From Octopus sinensis (taxonomy: Eukaryota), in NCBI RefSeq assembly GCF_006345805.1, contig NC_043013.1:17050001-17114000 (forward strand): a DNA stretch of 64,000 bases, written 5' to 3'. This document shows positions 24,281 through 38,000 of the stretch, piece by piece (the first letter of the stretch is position 1; every line of letters starts with the position of its first letter). The notes under the pieces are model-generated. The model was not told the DNA's origin and searched no databases. It saw only the letters and a program-made list of their open reading frames with translations. The position numbers were made by a program, and so were the translations under genes.

Positions 24281-24590
24281 CACAGCCCCTGTGTGTGTGT
24301 GTGTGTACATATACACATACCAGGCTTCCTTCAGTTTCTATCAAACCCATTCACAAGACATTGGCTAGTGTGGGCTTATAGTAGATGATGATGATGCTAT
24401 AATTCAAAACAAAATTTTAATTAATACTTTATTGCAAGCTTCACACACTTGTTACTTACTCACATCCTCAGTCTAAAGTAACCCATAACCCTCCAAAACA
24501 CTGCCACACACCATGCTTCACCTTGAGAAATACTGGTCTAAGCTAAGAAAGTTATAAAAAATGAAGTGTTGTAGAATTCTTCATATTTAC

Positions 24591-24707
24591 CTGACATTTC
24601 ATCAACAGAGTATCACCTTTCCAAACGACTTTTGGCTTGATATCAGTAATAACAAAATTTAATAACAGGGAAGATATAACAGGCTCTTCTGCTGAATTTG
24701 TAACCAT
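24591..24707 (-). CDS. Candidate coding exon of an unidentified host gene (MVTNSAEEPVISSLLLNFVITDIKPKVVWKGDTLLMKCQ)
   Basis: Unique non-repeat island. Acceptors TTCTTTAAG| (24712) or AATTCAG| (24691), a single open frame, and the donor CAG|GTAAAT at 24591/24590. No homology recognised with certainty. Confidence 0.3.
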
Positions 24708-27700
24708 TTAACCTTAAAGAATTTTGTAAAAATGGCAGATTATTACAGAAGGATAATAACCTCAGTAAAAATCTTTTGGCTTCAAAAATATTGTTCTGAT
24801 TTAAGATTTAAACATGTTTCATTGTTTACATCATTATTCCTTCTTTGACAACAAAAGTGACATATCATGAATGACAACCCACTAATTAAAATAAAAATAA
24901 ATAGATACATAAAGGCTTCCAGCAGAATTTGAACTCAGGATAATTAACTTTGATGTTTAGTTCTAGGCTAGCATTTCTTAATCTTCAGCTATATTTCTCC
25001 CCCACCTCTGTCACCATCACTCGGAAACCTGGGTTAGTATCTTTTGCTATACCACAGGTCAACCAATATCATGTGAAAAGATTTGGTAGATGAAAACAGT
25101 AGGAAGCCCCAGCCAGTTTCTTTATTTTTCTCTTTTTATTCAAACTGAAACTAAGAGTCATCATCACTTCATTTAATATCCAGCTTGACAAGAGCTGGCA
25201 TGGTCAGGGACTGCCCTAGGTTCTGTAGTTCATTTTAGCCTGGTTTCTACAGCTGGATGCCCTTCCTAACACCAACCACTTTCCAGAGTGTACTGGGTGC
25301 TTTTTATATGGCAATTCATTTCGCAATTCAAGTTTCCTACCATTGTGAACTCCAGTGCCTTAAAATCACAGTAATTAGAAATTCAATAGGACAAACTTTC
25401 AGTTTCAAAAAGACAAAAAAAAACCTTATTCTGAACACGCATGAAGCACTCTTCATTCATTCATCTGACATACACAAGTACAACACACACACACACACAT
25501 ATATACAGACATACACTAGTGCCAGGAAGCACATTCACCTGTAAAAATCACACCAAAGCTGGCATTGGAGCTCAAGGCAACCTTTTAGTTTGCTAAATCT
25601 TATCAAACTGTCCAACTCATGCCAGCATGGAAAACAGATTTTCAAAGCTGACAATATATTGATACATAAATGCATGCATGTGTGTTTACACATGTATGTG
25701 TGTGTGCATGCAAATGTATATAACTGTTTACATTCCATGCTTGTCACCCACTTGTGCAAAGTTGTGTTGATGTTGAAATTACAACCAGTAGATCTACATT
25801 TTCACTGACTTGTGGAGTGGAATAAAAATATCCCTCACTTGAAAAACAAGTAAAAGTCAGCAACAGGAAGAACATCTAGTCATAAAGTCTTTCTTGAATC
25901 AAAACCCATGCTAATATGGAAAGACATGTTAAACAACGAATTCTTCAGTTCATTATCTTTCACCCCCACACACATTCACATAAGAAAATATAATCTTGTG
26001 GCACATAAAAGGCACCATTCGAGTGTGATCGTTACCAGGTTCACCTTACTGGCACTTGTGCCCGTGCTAGTAGGGTGCCAAAAGCACCATCCGAGCGTGA
26101 TCATTGCCAGAGCAGCCAACTGGCTTCCGTGCCGGTGGCACGTAAAAGGGCACCATTTGAGCGTGATCATTACCAACATCGCCTTATTGGCATCTGTGCT
26201 GGTGGCATGTGTAAAAAGATTCAAGCGAGGTCATTGCCAGTACCGCCTGACTGGCCCCTGTGCTGGTGACACGTAAAAAGCACCCACTACACTCTCAGAG
26301 TGGTTGGCGTTAGGAAGGGCATCCAGCTGTAGAAACTCAGCCAAATCAAGATTGGAGCCTGGTGCAGCCATCTGGTTCGCCAGCCCTCAGTCAAAATCGT
26401 CCAACCCATGCTAGCATGGAAAGTGGACGTTAAACGATGATGATGATGATGATTAACATATTAATGTTAATTTCAGGTTAAGAGCTTCAAATCAATATAG
26501 AGGAAAATAAATCTCACAAAAACAGGGAAAATAATGATAAATAATCTCTGAATATAACAACTATTTCCCTGCTGGTAACCACATATTTCCCTCAGGAATC
26601 TTGAAAATATCTCTTCAAGTTAAGAACTCTGGTTCTAAGCACAACAATTTTAGCTTTAAACAATGAAAGAACTTCTAAGTGATTTGTTAGACTTGCAAGG
26701 AATAGTAACCAAATCTACCTCAAATTATATCCAGGTATATTGGATTATGTAGTGCTGGGTGTATTGTGTCTAGAAATAAGATAGGGTAGTCACAGACAGA
26801 ATGCTTCTGATCATGGTCCTGTTTGCTCATGGCTAACCCTGGGCCAAACAAACAACAAGCATTTTTGCAACTCCAGTAAAGTTCTACATTAGATCTGAGA
26901 CCTGAAAAGAAGAGTTACGTTGACTGAATCAACCCCAGTACAGTACTGGTATCTCGTTTTACTACCACCAGATAACTGAAAGGGACAGTTGATCACAATT
27001 AGAATTTAAAATCAGTGTAAGATAGCCAAAAGTAACTACACTGAGCTAAACTAAGCAGGGATTTTCTTCAAAATAGGCACACGTGTGGCTGTATGGTTAA
27101 GAAGTTTGCTTCCCAACTATGTCATCTTTGGTTCAATCCAACTGTGCAGCAACTTGGGTATAGTCCTGGGCTGACCAAAGTTTTGTGAATGAATCTGGTA
27201 GATGGAAACTGAAAGAAGCCCCCCCTCTCTCTCTCTCTGCACGTATGCTTGTCTCTCCTTGTCTTAACATCACATGGTGATAGTTGCAAATGAGTGTCAC
27301 TGACACACAAGCAATGTCATTCATTTCCAATATTATGCAAAAACATGTCAGGCCATGGAGAATTGTTACCTTTCTTGGGGAAACAAGTGAGAGTTGGTGA
27401 TAGGAAGAGTATCCAGGCATGCAAAATCTGCCCCTCAATAAGTTCTGTCTGATCCATGCAAGCATGGAAAATGGAACAAGAGAATGTTAAAAACACAACG
27501 ATGGTGGTTAATGATAATGATGACACACTGTAATTTGTGATGGAAGGTGGATCTTATAACAATAACAGAAAGTAGGATGACAATAGGCCAGACAGGAAAG
27601 AAAAGCTTAAAACATTCTGTCTCTGCTAGTCTGCCATTTATGTATTTTTGAAATAATTGATATTGATTCTGCAAATCAAATACATAACGACCTAGTAATT

Positions 27701-28979
27701 ATATTTATTATAATATGATATTATTACAATGTTGTTATTCTTTTGTTAGTCTCAGATGTTGACCTGCAATGAGGTTGGGGCTTCATTCTCAAGGATCTTT
27801 CATCAAGTGCATCGACCCCATTGTTAAAGTGTAGTGGTTATTCATCAAATGGCTAAGTTACCATTTCACATAATGCAACATGACTTGAACCACTTCTGCA
27901 TACACACACACACAGACACACATGATGAGCTTCCCACGAGTTTACCTCCAAATTCACACACAAGGCAATAGTAAAAGATACTTGCCCAAGGTGCAGAATA
28001 CCGGGACTGAACTCAGAAACATATGGTTTCAAAGCAAGCATCTTAACAATGTAGCTATAATTATGTCATATGCTTATAAATTATATATAATTATATTAAT
28101 TATACAAAACTATGTTAAATATATCCTGTAACATCAATAAAATATGTGTAAAAAAAACTGGTAATTAGCAGAAATAACAATAAGGACAACAATATATCTA
28201 ATATAACATTTTCCAGTCTGGGGATGGCACCATGTGAATTATGGCACACCCTAAAAAGACCATTATCGGGAAATAGTGTTATTTCATACAGGATTTTTTT
28301 TATTGTTTCTTTGGGTGGAGAGCACAAATCTGAGGACTCATAAGGCTGGTTACCTAATTTCCATGGCATATAAGTGACCAATAAGTGACCCAAGATCAGA
28401 TTATTCCTCTGAACAGGACACTAGACAGTTGTGGGGTTGAAAGCCAGAAATTTTGAGGGAAGGTTGCGAGTTGATTGCATTAACCCCAATATATGACTGG
28501 CAGAAACGTTAGCGCGCAGGGCAAAATGCTTAGCAGTATTTCGTCTGCCGTTACGTTCTGAGTTCAAATTCCACCGAGGTCAACTTTGCCTTTCATCCTT
28601 TCAGGGTCGATTAAATAAGTACCAGTTACGCACTGGGGTCGATATAATCGACTTAATCCATGTGTCTGTCCTTGTTCGTCCTCTCTGTGTTTAGCCCCTT
28701 GTGGGTAGTAAAGAAATAGGTACTTTATTTTATTGACCCTGAAGAGATGAAAGGCAAAGTTGACCTCAGCAGAATTTGAACACAGAATGTAATGAATCAA
28801 AAGACATGTCACAAAGCATTTTGTCCGATGTGCAAAAGATTCTACTAGGTTACCCCTTTCATTTGGTACATAGATTCTATGTTTCCTGATGTTTATTAGG
28901 CCACAAGATTAAGAAGGTTAAAGGAAGACACACGGAGTAAATCTCAAAAACTCAGCAGTAAATATTGAGGTATTTCATT

Positions 28980-29075
28980 TTAAAGGGTTTTATCTGAATG
29001 AGGGTCAGTGCTTATGATCTTTGCAGGTCCATCGAGACCAGTGACATCAATGTGGCCGGTGTTCTCCTTAAATGA
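28980..29075 (-). CDS. Candidate terminal exon (SFKENTGHIDVTGLDGPAKIISTDPHSDKTL*)
   Basis: Strong acceptor TTTTATTTATTTTTTTCCTGTAG|, 31 open codons of protein-like composition, then TAA and AATAAA 83 nt downstream (plus-strand TTTATT 28892-28897). Confidence 0.35.
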   Translation of the reverse strand, partial: SFKENTGHIDVTGLDGPAKIISTDPHSDKTL

Positions 29076-29597
29076 CTACAGGAAAAAAATAAATAAAATC
29101 ATGAGACCAGGAATTCAAAAATGGTGATGCTCTGTCAAGGAAGGATTAAGAATAATGGTTAATGAGAGGCCTGCATGGCATGAAGGTAGGAGAAGGGAGA
29201 GTGACATATTTTGAATGAGGGGGGGGGGGAGAAATGAGTGAGATGGGTGGGTTTGAGTGGTGGTGTCATAGTACAAGCTGATCCCAATGAGCAAAAGCGA
29301 TTATAGTAGCAGTAGAAAAGAGAGGGGTGGGGGGGTAAAGCAGTTCTCTGGACCAGAGGTTGGAGTGTTTTACTGAGCAATTGAAGAGACAGCACATCAA
29401 TTTGTATTTCTATGTTCTGAGTTCAAATCCTGCAAGGACCAAGTTTGTCATTCATCACTTCATAGCTTACATGTTAAAACAAGGACCAATCATACACTGG
29501 GTGTAGATTCAATACACTGGCACTTCCAAAATTCTGCTCTGTTCTCAAGAGGAATATATATCATATTCCATTTTGACATAAGCATAAGGTCATAAAT

Positions 29598-29945
29598 ATG
29601 GAGGATAACAGCATACACACACACACGTATATAGATATATGTACACACACACATACATACACATACATACATATATGTACACACACACATACATACATAT
29701 ATGTACACACATGCATACATATACATACATACATATATGTACACACATGCATACATATACACATACATATATGTACACATGCATACATACACATACATAT
29801 ATGTACACATGCATACATACACATACAAATATGTACACATGCATACATAAACATACATACATATATGTATACACATGCATACATATATATATATATATAC
29901 ACAAATATATATAAAAACACATGTATACACACACGCACACACACG
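29598..29945. repeat. (TACA/CA/TA)n compound microsatellite
   Basis: Direct inspection; source of the HTYI/CVYM ORFs. Confidence 0.95.
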
Positions 29946-32420
29946 GGTTTCTGTACAGTTTCCATCACCAAATGCCACAACATACTGCTCAGCCCAAGGC
30001 CACAGGAGGCAGGTAGGAGACAGTTTGCCCCAAGGTACCACGCATTGGGTTTGAACACAGTATCTCATGGTTGTGATGTAAACTAAAAGAAGGCAAAGGG
30101 GGAAGGGGCGTCATATTTGCCTTACAACAAACTAGAGATGAAGAGTGGCGGTGGTGGGGGGTGGGGAGTATGGAGAAAAGATAGACTTTCAGCACACAAT
30201 GGAAGTCTTTGTGTCACATAAATCCAGGACATGATGAAATAAATATCAAAAATATGTGGAGTAAGAGGTAGGGGGAAATCAATTGTTTGTTTGTATGTGT
30301 GTATGTATGAGAGTGTGCACGTGTATGTATGTATGAGAGTGTGCACGTGTAATCTCTTTCCTCCACTGTCCCCCTTATCTCCAATAAAAATAACACCACA
30401 CTTCATAAGAAACAGTGCTACGATCACTGACATCATATAGTAGCTACTTCACACACTTTCATACATACACACACGTGTATGTGTGTCTACGTATGTATCA
30501 AGCATGACTATATATATATCTAGACATAAACATGTTTACTTAGGTACTGTGTATCATCATCATTTAAATTTCACTTCTCCGTGTTTGTTATGGATCAGAC
30601 AGAATTTGTTTGGATGGATGCCCCTTTCATTGGAAAACCTCACCAGCTTCCAAGCCAGATCAATTTTCCCATTGGAAACAAACATCACTTGTATGAAAGC
30701 TACTCACTTTACATCCACCACATGATATCAGAAAAAGGGTAGATACATACATACATACATATAAATATATATATACATACACACACTGACACAAACACAA
30801 GACAGATTTCTTTGATTACCTGCCAATCAAATCTACTCAGAAGGCTTTGGTTGGCATAAGGCTATAGAAGACACCTGACCAAGATGAAGACAAGACCACA
30901 TGAGGGGGAAGCAAGCTTCTTAATTAGACAGACACACCTGTGCCTATGATTATATATATATATATATAATATATATATATATAATATATATATATATATG
31001 TAAGTGACCTCACAACTTGTTGCCATAAAGTGGTTGACATTAAGAAGGGCTCCCAGCCACAAAAACCATGTCAAAACAGACATTGGGGTACTACACAGTC
31101 TTCCAGGCAGACATTATGTGATGAGAATACACACACATATACACACACACATATATTCATCATCATCATTATTAAGACAATGGACAGATGTTAAAATTCT
31201 TTCTTCCATGCTTGCATGGGTTGACAGAGTTTGACACAAATGTGCTTCCTGTCATCAACTCTCACCTTCATCAACATTTCCTCATAATGTTTCCTCATAA
31301 CCAGACAGGTTTTCAAAGAAGACTCATTGAACGATAACACATGTAAGATATTGACGTTCATTCATAACTATTGCAGTGACAAAACAAGGAGACAAACTCA
31401 AACACACAAGGACACACGCACATATTGATAAATAGATATGACAGGCTTCTTACAGTTTCCATTTACCCAATACTCTCAGAAGGCTTTGGTTGGCTTAGGT
31501 CTATAACAGAAAAACAGTTGGCCCAAGATACCATGCAGTGAGATTGAACCTGAATCTATGTGGTTGAGAAGCAAACTTAAGAGACAGAGCCACACACACA
31601 CCTATATAAAACACACAGAGAAAATCATCAGCATAATTATTTTTTATATATATATGGAGCGCTAAGCTGGCCTTCGTGCTGATGGCACGTTAAACACACC
31701 ATTCGAGCATGATTGTTACCGTGTCGCCTTACTAGCACTTGCGCTGGTGGCACGTGAAACATTTGAGTGAGGTCATCGCCAGTGCCGCTGGACTAGCTCC
31801 TGTGCAGGTGGCACATAAAAAGCACCATTTGGGCGTGGCCATTGCAAGTACTACCAAACTGGCCCTCGTGCCAGTGGCACATAAAAAGCACCATTTGGGC
31901 GTGGCCGTTGCCAGTACTACTAAACTGGCCCTCGTGCCGGTGGCACGTAAAAGCACCCACTACACTCTCGGAGTGGTTGGCGTTAGGAAGGGCATCCAGC
32001 TGTAGAAACTCTGCCAGATCAGATCGGAGTCTGGTTCACCAGACCTCAGTCAAATCGTCCAACCCATGCTAGCATGGAAAGCGGACGTTAAATGATGATG
32101 ATTATATATATACACACACACGCACATACAAACATACGTGCAGGCACACACACACACGTGCGCGCGCATAAGTTATCTACTTTACTTTTGACATGTCAGT
32201 GCAAAGAATGTTTATGGTGTCATTAGCCTTTATAGGCCCTCCAAGACATGTGGGGTCTAATTAGCAGATTTATTACCTGTATAGTAAATATTGATAAGTG
32301 GTAGAATCAGCTGAATTCACCACAAAGACTTTAGTGCCAATCTAACAACACCCAATGTGATTCGCTGGTGTGTAATATGATACAGGCCAGTTCTCAAAAA
32401 GAAATAGCAAACTATATAGT

Positions 32421-32451
<31 letters not shown>

Positions 32452-33233
32452 ATATATATACCTATAAGCACACAGAGTCACACACACAAATACATATGTG
32501 TATATGTGTGTATCGGAGCATGTGTGAGTATGTAAAATGAATGATCTAAGAGATAGTACTACGTAGATGCCTGGTCCTGGCAACATTCCAGGTATTTCTC
32601 ACACACCACTACTTATATATACTATTCTCTCTCCTCCTTACACACACACAACACTCCTTTGTTTGACATTCTTCCTTCCACCCACCCCCCACACACACAC
32701 GTTACTCATGACAAAAGAGAAAGTAGCCAGTTTATGAGATATGAGATGTAAGAGGAAAAAGAGGAGGAGACAGAAAAGAGGTTGTAAGCGCCATAATTCT
32801 AAAGAGCAATCATCATCTGTAGTGTCTGTATCACCACAGAGTGCAGAATTGTATATGATACCATCTACATAGATATATGACCACATCACCAAATACAATG
32901 GGTGGCGGCGGTAAAAAAAAAATCTCTCCACATTTTACAGGTTTATAAATGTTTCAGCATCAAGCTCAAAGTTTGCACTGATCCAAATTATGGACGTAAC
33001 TGAAAACAAAATGTCAAAACGTTGCCTACATGAAGAGACCATTACCACCTGTTTAACTTCACTAGCACCACACCAATGACCATGTAATGTACAGGAGGTT
33101 TTGTCTTCAGCACTCTGTACTTGATGGGTCCATGGCAATGTAAAGCAGCTGGGTTTGTAGCATTTATTTATTAACAGCAAACCACAGCAGACACAAATTA
33201 GCACTGGTACTCCTGGTGACTGCCCTTTCTTAA

Positions 33234-33453
33234 CCCTTTAGCATTCAGATTACTGCGTCAAATGTAACACTTATTTATTCCCATTGTTTTGAAATAATCA
33301 TGCATTATCTCGTAGCTTTGAGATTTCAATGATGTGATCATTTATTTTTAGAATGACATTGCAGGCTATGTCTGAGAAGCTGAATATAGTCAGTTTGAAC
33401 ATAAAATGAGTAGAATATTTTGGCCAGATTTGGCCAGTTTAAATGCTAAAGGG
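33234..33453. mobile_element. piggyBac-like MITE (family A)
   Basis: TTAA|CCCTTTAGCATT ... AATGCTAAAGGG|TTAA, giving a perfect 12-bp TIR and a TTAA TSD. Confidence 0.9.
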
Positions 33454-33644
33454 TTAAGGCAGTACTGACAACAGGACAGAGAAACAACTCGCTGCTGCAC
33501 ACATCAGTATTGCTTGCCAGGCCAAGTTTAATCTTCAACTCTTTCTGTGAGTATAACTTGGAGAGGAGAGACTAGATCCATCAATATTGCTTACTTTAGG
33601 TAGACAACCAGTGAAAGAATAAATCTGTCAGGATCGGTGGTTCA

Positions 33645-33877
33645 CCCTTGCAATACCAACCCACCAAAGACGGCCCCTGGTCCTATGATAGAAATTTCCT
33701 GTTTTAAAATGATTTAAATTAAAGCTGTCCATTAAAATTTCATATAAATTCCTATTCCAAACACCAGCTTAATAATGGCAAAGTTATTTTTCCAAATTCT
33801 TTCATTATTTTCTAAATTTATTGAAACAAAGGCAGTGTATTTCAATAGAAATTTGGTAATAAATTAATAATAAAGGG
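33645..33877. mobile_element. piggyBac-like MITE (family B)
   Basis: TTCA|CCCTTG ... TAAAGGG|TTAA; body similar to 11129-11348. Confidence 0.65.
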
Positions 33878-34544
33878 TTAAATATCCCTCAAGCCAGACA
33901 GTAGGCTATTGTAGAGGCCACTGTAGAAGAGAGCTTCTTAACCATTTGGGCACATCAATATAAAAGCTAGCAATCACGAGACAAGTATGAATATGATTAT
34001 CATCATCATCTCTTTACATCTGCTTTCCATGCAAGCATTGGTAGGATGGGTTGTCATGGTTATCATGACCTCAGACAATTCTTATTGGAGTTGCGGCCAC
34101 TTGTATGTTCCAACTGGCAAAATTTCTATGACTAGATGCCCTTTCTAAAACCAACTCCTTAACAGAGTGTACGGAGTGCATTCTATCATGGAATCAACAC
34201 CATGTCCTTATCAAAACTAAAGAGGGCTCTTCATCTTGCAGTGGCTTCATGCTTTCAAATCAGCATGACCAAGATGTGCGAAGAAGAGAGGTAGATAACA
34301 TAAGGATTAGGGGGAGTAGGTAAAAAAGAGGGAGGCTACTATAGAAGAATCTTTGTTACAAGCATTATTATTATTGTTCTGCATGCCCTAGTCCAGTGCC
34401 TGAGTATTGCTGACCTGTGGGTTTATGTCAAATACCTGCTGTTGCATGTAGGATGGATCTGGCTATCAGCTGAATCCATTGAGAATTGCCCGGCTACTCT
34501 CCTTTGGCCAAGAGGGACAGGTAATTTTTATTTGCCTAGTGGCT

Positions 34545-34992
34545 GTAGCAAAAGAGGTAGTATGGTGGACCTGTTTGAAAGGGCTAAAGACTCTTTCCTC
34601 TTTGGTCAAACCCTCATCATCTTTTTCAAGTTTCACTTGAAGAGGAAAGTGAGGGTGGAGAGGGAAGTGTTGCCTTGTAGCAAGTTTGTTGAATGTTGGA
34701 AGAATGGCCAGTGTGAAAGGACCAAGTCTGAGCATGCATCTAAAAACAAATGGGAATTAAAGGAGAAGGGCTCTTGCCCTGTTGATTAGGCACCTGTGGC
34801 TTTTCTGGAGTTTTCCACAAGGACCTTATAGCACCTTCCCTATTGGGATTTTTAATTTGTTCAATTTTAATTGTTATTTATCTTGTTTACATGCAGAAAA
34901 CCCATTGTATCATCCCGTTTTTGTCTTTTATGTTGTTGCATGTCATTTAATGTTATTTTATGTGAGCCCTTGTGGCCAATAAAAGAATAAAC
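34545..34992 (+). mobile_element. 3' end of an L1/Tx1-like LINE (C-terminal codons, pyrimidine-rich 3' UTR, AATAAA, (ATT)n)
   Basis: Translation GQTLIIFFKFHLKRKVRVEREVL..KFVECW resembles, from memory, the C-terminus of mollusc Tx1-type ORF2 (FFKHQLKVKIRxERxxL..F..RW). The 3' UTR ends AGCCCTTGTGGCCAATAAAAGAATAA, then (ATT)n. Confidence 0.55.
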
Positions 34993-35003
34993 TATTATTA
35001 TTA

Positions 35004-35037
<34 letters not shown>

Positions 35038-38000
35038 CATCATTAGTATTATTATTATTGTTATTATTGCTCAAGTTCAGTATCTTTTGTTAACAAGGTT
35101 AAAATTCTGGATAACACACACACACACCCTAATTAACTGATATAGTGAAGATGTAGGTACACAACGGAGATGATGACAAGAAGGCAGATGAGGAGGATGG
35201 CGATGATGATGGTGGTGGTGGTGGTGGTGGAAGTAATGATAGTGATGACATTAAAATAAAATGAATAAACAGTCCTTGTTGTCTTGAATGCCTGTGACTA
35301 GTTGATCAGTTAAATCAATTAATCTCACTTATAATAAACCTGTTTGCATGTAATGGCTGTTGTTTAGCCCTAGGCCTGTCTGTCTGAGCAGACCTAAAAG
35401 AAATATATATATATATATTATATGCCCACACACACACACTTGTTTGGTTGGTTTTAGCTGATCGAACAGTATCCAAATCAGGCCAACACAAAACAAATAA
35501 AAAAAGAACTTAAGAGACAACAACAATAATGTTCATGATGGTGATGATGATAACAATGATAGATGCTGATCCTGGTAATACCAATGATGATGATGATAAT
35601 GGTGATGATAATGACGATGTTATTGACTCTAGTACCGAATGGCTCTTTATTATAGTTGCATTGACACCAGGATCTGACTAATACCTTGTTATAGACACCA
35701 GTACATGACTGGTACTTTACCTTACTGACATCAGTAGCTGACTAGTACTTTATTTCATTGACTCCTGAAGTTAGAGCAGCAAAGGTGACCTTGGCAGGAT
35801 TTGAATTCAGAACATAAATAGACACAAATGCCACATATTTTGTCCCCTGATCTACCAATACTGCCAAACCATTGCCCCTTTACTTCTAAAGAAAACTGGA
35901 TTTCAGAAGCTACCAAATTCCAGTTCCTTTAGCAGATGGTAGATAAATCACCCATGAGCTAGGATTCTAGTTGGCCGTGGTTGGAACATCTTGATGATGG
36001 GTCAACTGTATAATGGGATGAAACAAGATTTTCAAGACAAAATTGGATTCACCAAATTTAAGCATACTCAGGTACAATAATATATGGTATCATATATTGC
36101 TTGATCTACTAAAAAAAAAACTTTCAATGAAATCTATCTCAAAATAGAAATACCAAGGCTGAAAAAATAAAAAATCAAGTTGATGATGGGTCGACTGTGT
36201 AATGGGATGAAACAAGATTTTCAAGATGAAATTGGATTTTTTTAATTGAAAAAAAAATCTGAGAGATGGTAACATGCATGGATACACATAAATACTTTGC
36301 AAAGATGATTTTGCACATAAGACAAATTTCAGTGCTTGCCATCATCCAGAGAATAAAATTATAGTGAACTTTGCATTAGACCAAAGTCTGAACCATTTAC
36401 ATTTCATAATAAATACAGGTGCAGCTGTATGGTGAACAAGCTCACTTCCTAACCATGTAGTTTTGGGTTCAATCCCACTGTGTGGCACATTTGACAAAGA
36501 TCTAAAACCCTGGGCTAACCAATGTCTTGCAAGTGGATTTGATAGATAGAAACTGAAAGAACCCACCGTGTGTGTGTGTATGCGCGCGCGCATGCCCTTA
36601 ACTTGACATCATGTGATGGTTGTAATTGAGTATCACTACAGTTTGCCAATCACATAAAACTACTGACCATCACTTTTTAAACTTCCATTTCAGGTTCACC
36701 TACAACACATTTTTTTTTTCTTTTAGATATTCTGAATTTGGTCCAGAATGGCTGTGTTGTTAAGGAGTTTACTTTGCAACCACATGGCTTCAAGATCAGT
36801 CCCACTGTGCGGTATCTTGAGCAAGTGTCTTCTACTACAGCCTCAAGCCAACCAATGCCTTGTGAGTGAATTTGGAAGGCAGAAACTATGTAGAATCTCG
36901 TTGTATATATATTTATATGTGTGCATGTATCTTTGTGTTTGAATTTGTTCCCACAACTTGACAACTGATGTTGGTTTGTTTACATCTCTGTAACTTAGTG
37001 GTTCAGCAAAAGAGACCAAGAGAATAAATACTAGATTAAAAAAAAGGTACTGAGTTCAATTTGTTTGACTAGAGACACTGTGCTTGAGATCTATTGAGTC
37101 AAGTACATCAACATCAAAATAAAAATCAAATGGAAATTGTAGTTGTGATACCTGTGCCGGTGGCACGTAAAAAGCACCATCCGAACGTGGCCGATGCCAG
37201 CACCACCTTGACTGGCTTCCGTGCTGGTGGCATGTAAAAAGCACCAACCGATCATGGCCACTGCCAGCCTCACCTGGCACATAAAAAGCACCCACTACAC
37301 TCTCGGGGTGGTTGGCATTATGAAGGGCAGCCAGCTGTAAAAACACTGCCGGATCAGACTGGAAACTCCTGAAAAAGGTCAACGGTGCTGCTTTTCTGCC
37401 TCTGAATAAGGCTCATTAAGAAACAAATAAATAATTTTATCTCAAAACGAAGATAAAATAAAAATTGTAAAAGGAAGAAATTTGGAAGAAGACTTAAGAA
37501 AGAAAAGCATTTTGTTGTCTGCTGGAATTGGTTGGGTTCTGCTTTACTTTTTGTTCTCAGAAACACGAAAAGTGACTTTATTACAGAGACTAAAATTCTT
37601 ATGGCATCATTTTAAAAGAATTCTTTCATTTGCATTATATTAATTCTTTGGATTCCAGTGAAAGCAAAAATTGGATCAGAAAAAAAAATGTTCCAGCTTG
37701 CTTGACATCGTGTTGAATTTTGTGAAAATGAAGAAAAAAGAGAGAAAAAGAAGAGGGGGGAGTAAGGGCAAGATGGGGTAGAGTAAGCAATGTTTGGTGT
37801 GTCATTTAGAATTCCAACATAATCATGAAGATTTTTATCAAAGAATTCAAAACTGATTTCCTAAGTCTTGTTTGGCATGTCTTAGAATAAATGTGTGATA
37901 AAATTTTCCTTGAAGCACTATAGTTAGAACATAGAAACAAAAGAAAGGCCATGACCCCTCTCTCTAAATGAAGCTCCAATTGTAATAAAGACTATTTCAG

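Noticed and set aside
32941-33079. Plus-strand terminal exon (FINVSASSSKFALIQ..APHQ*) after TTTTACAG|; similar plus-strand candidates at 9286, 13312, 16738 and 58110
   Set aside because: No homology, no partner exons and lengths within chance expectation; not supportable without RNA data.
33568-33582. GACTAGATCCA resembles the 5' end of miR-279
   Set aside because: The match stops after 11 nt and there is no surrounding hairpin.
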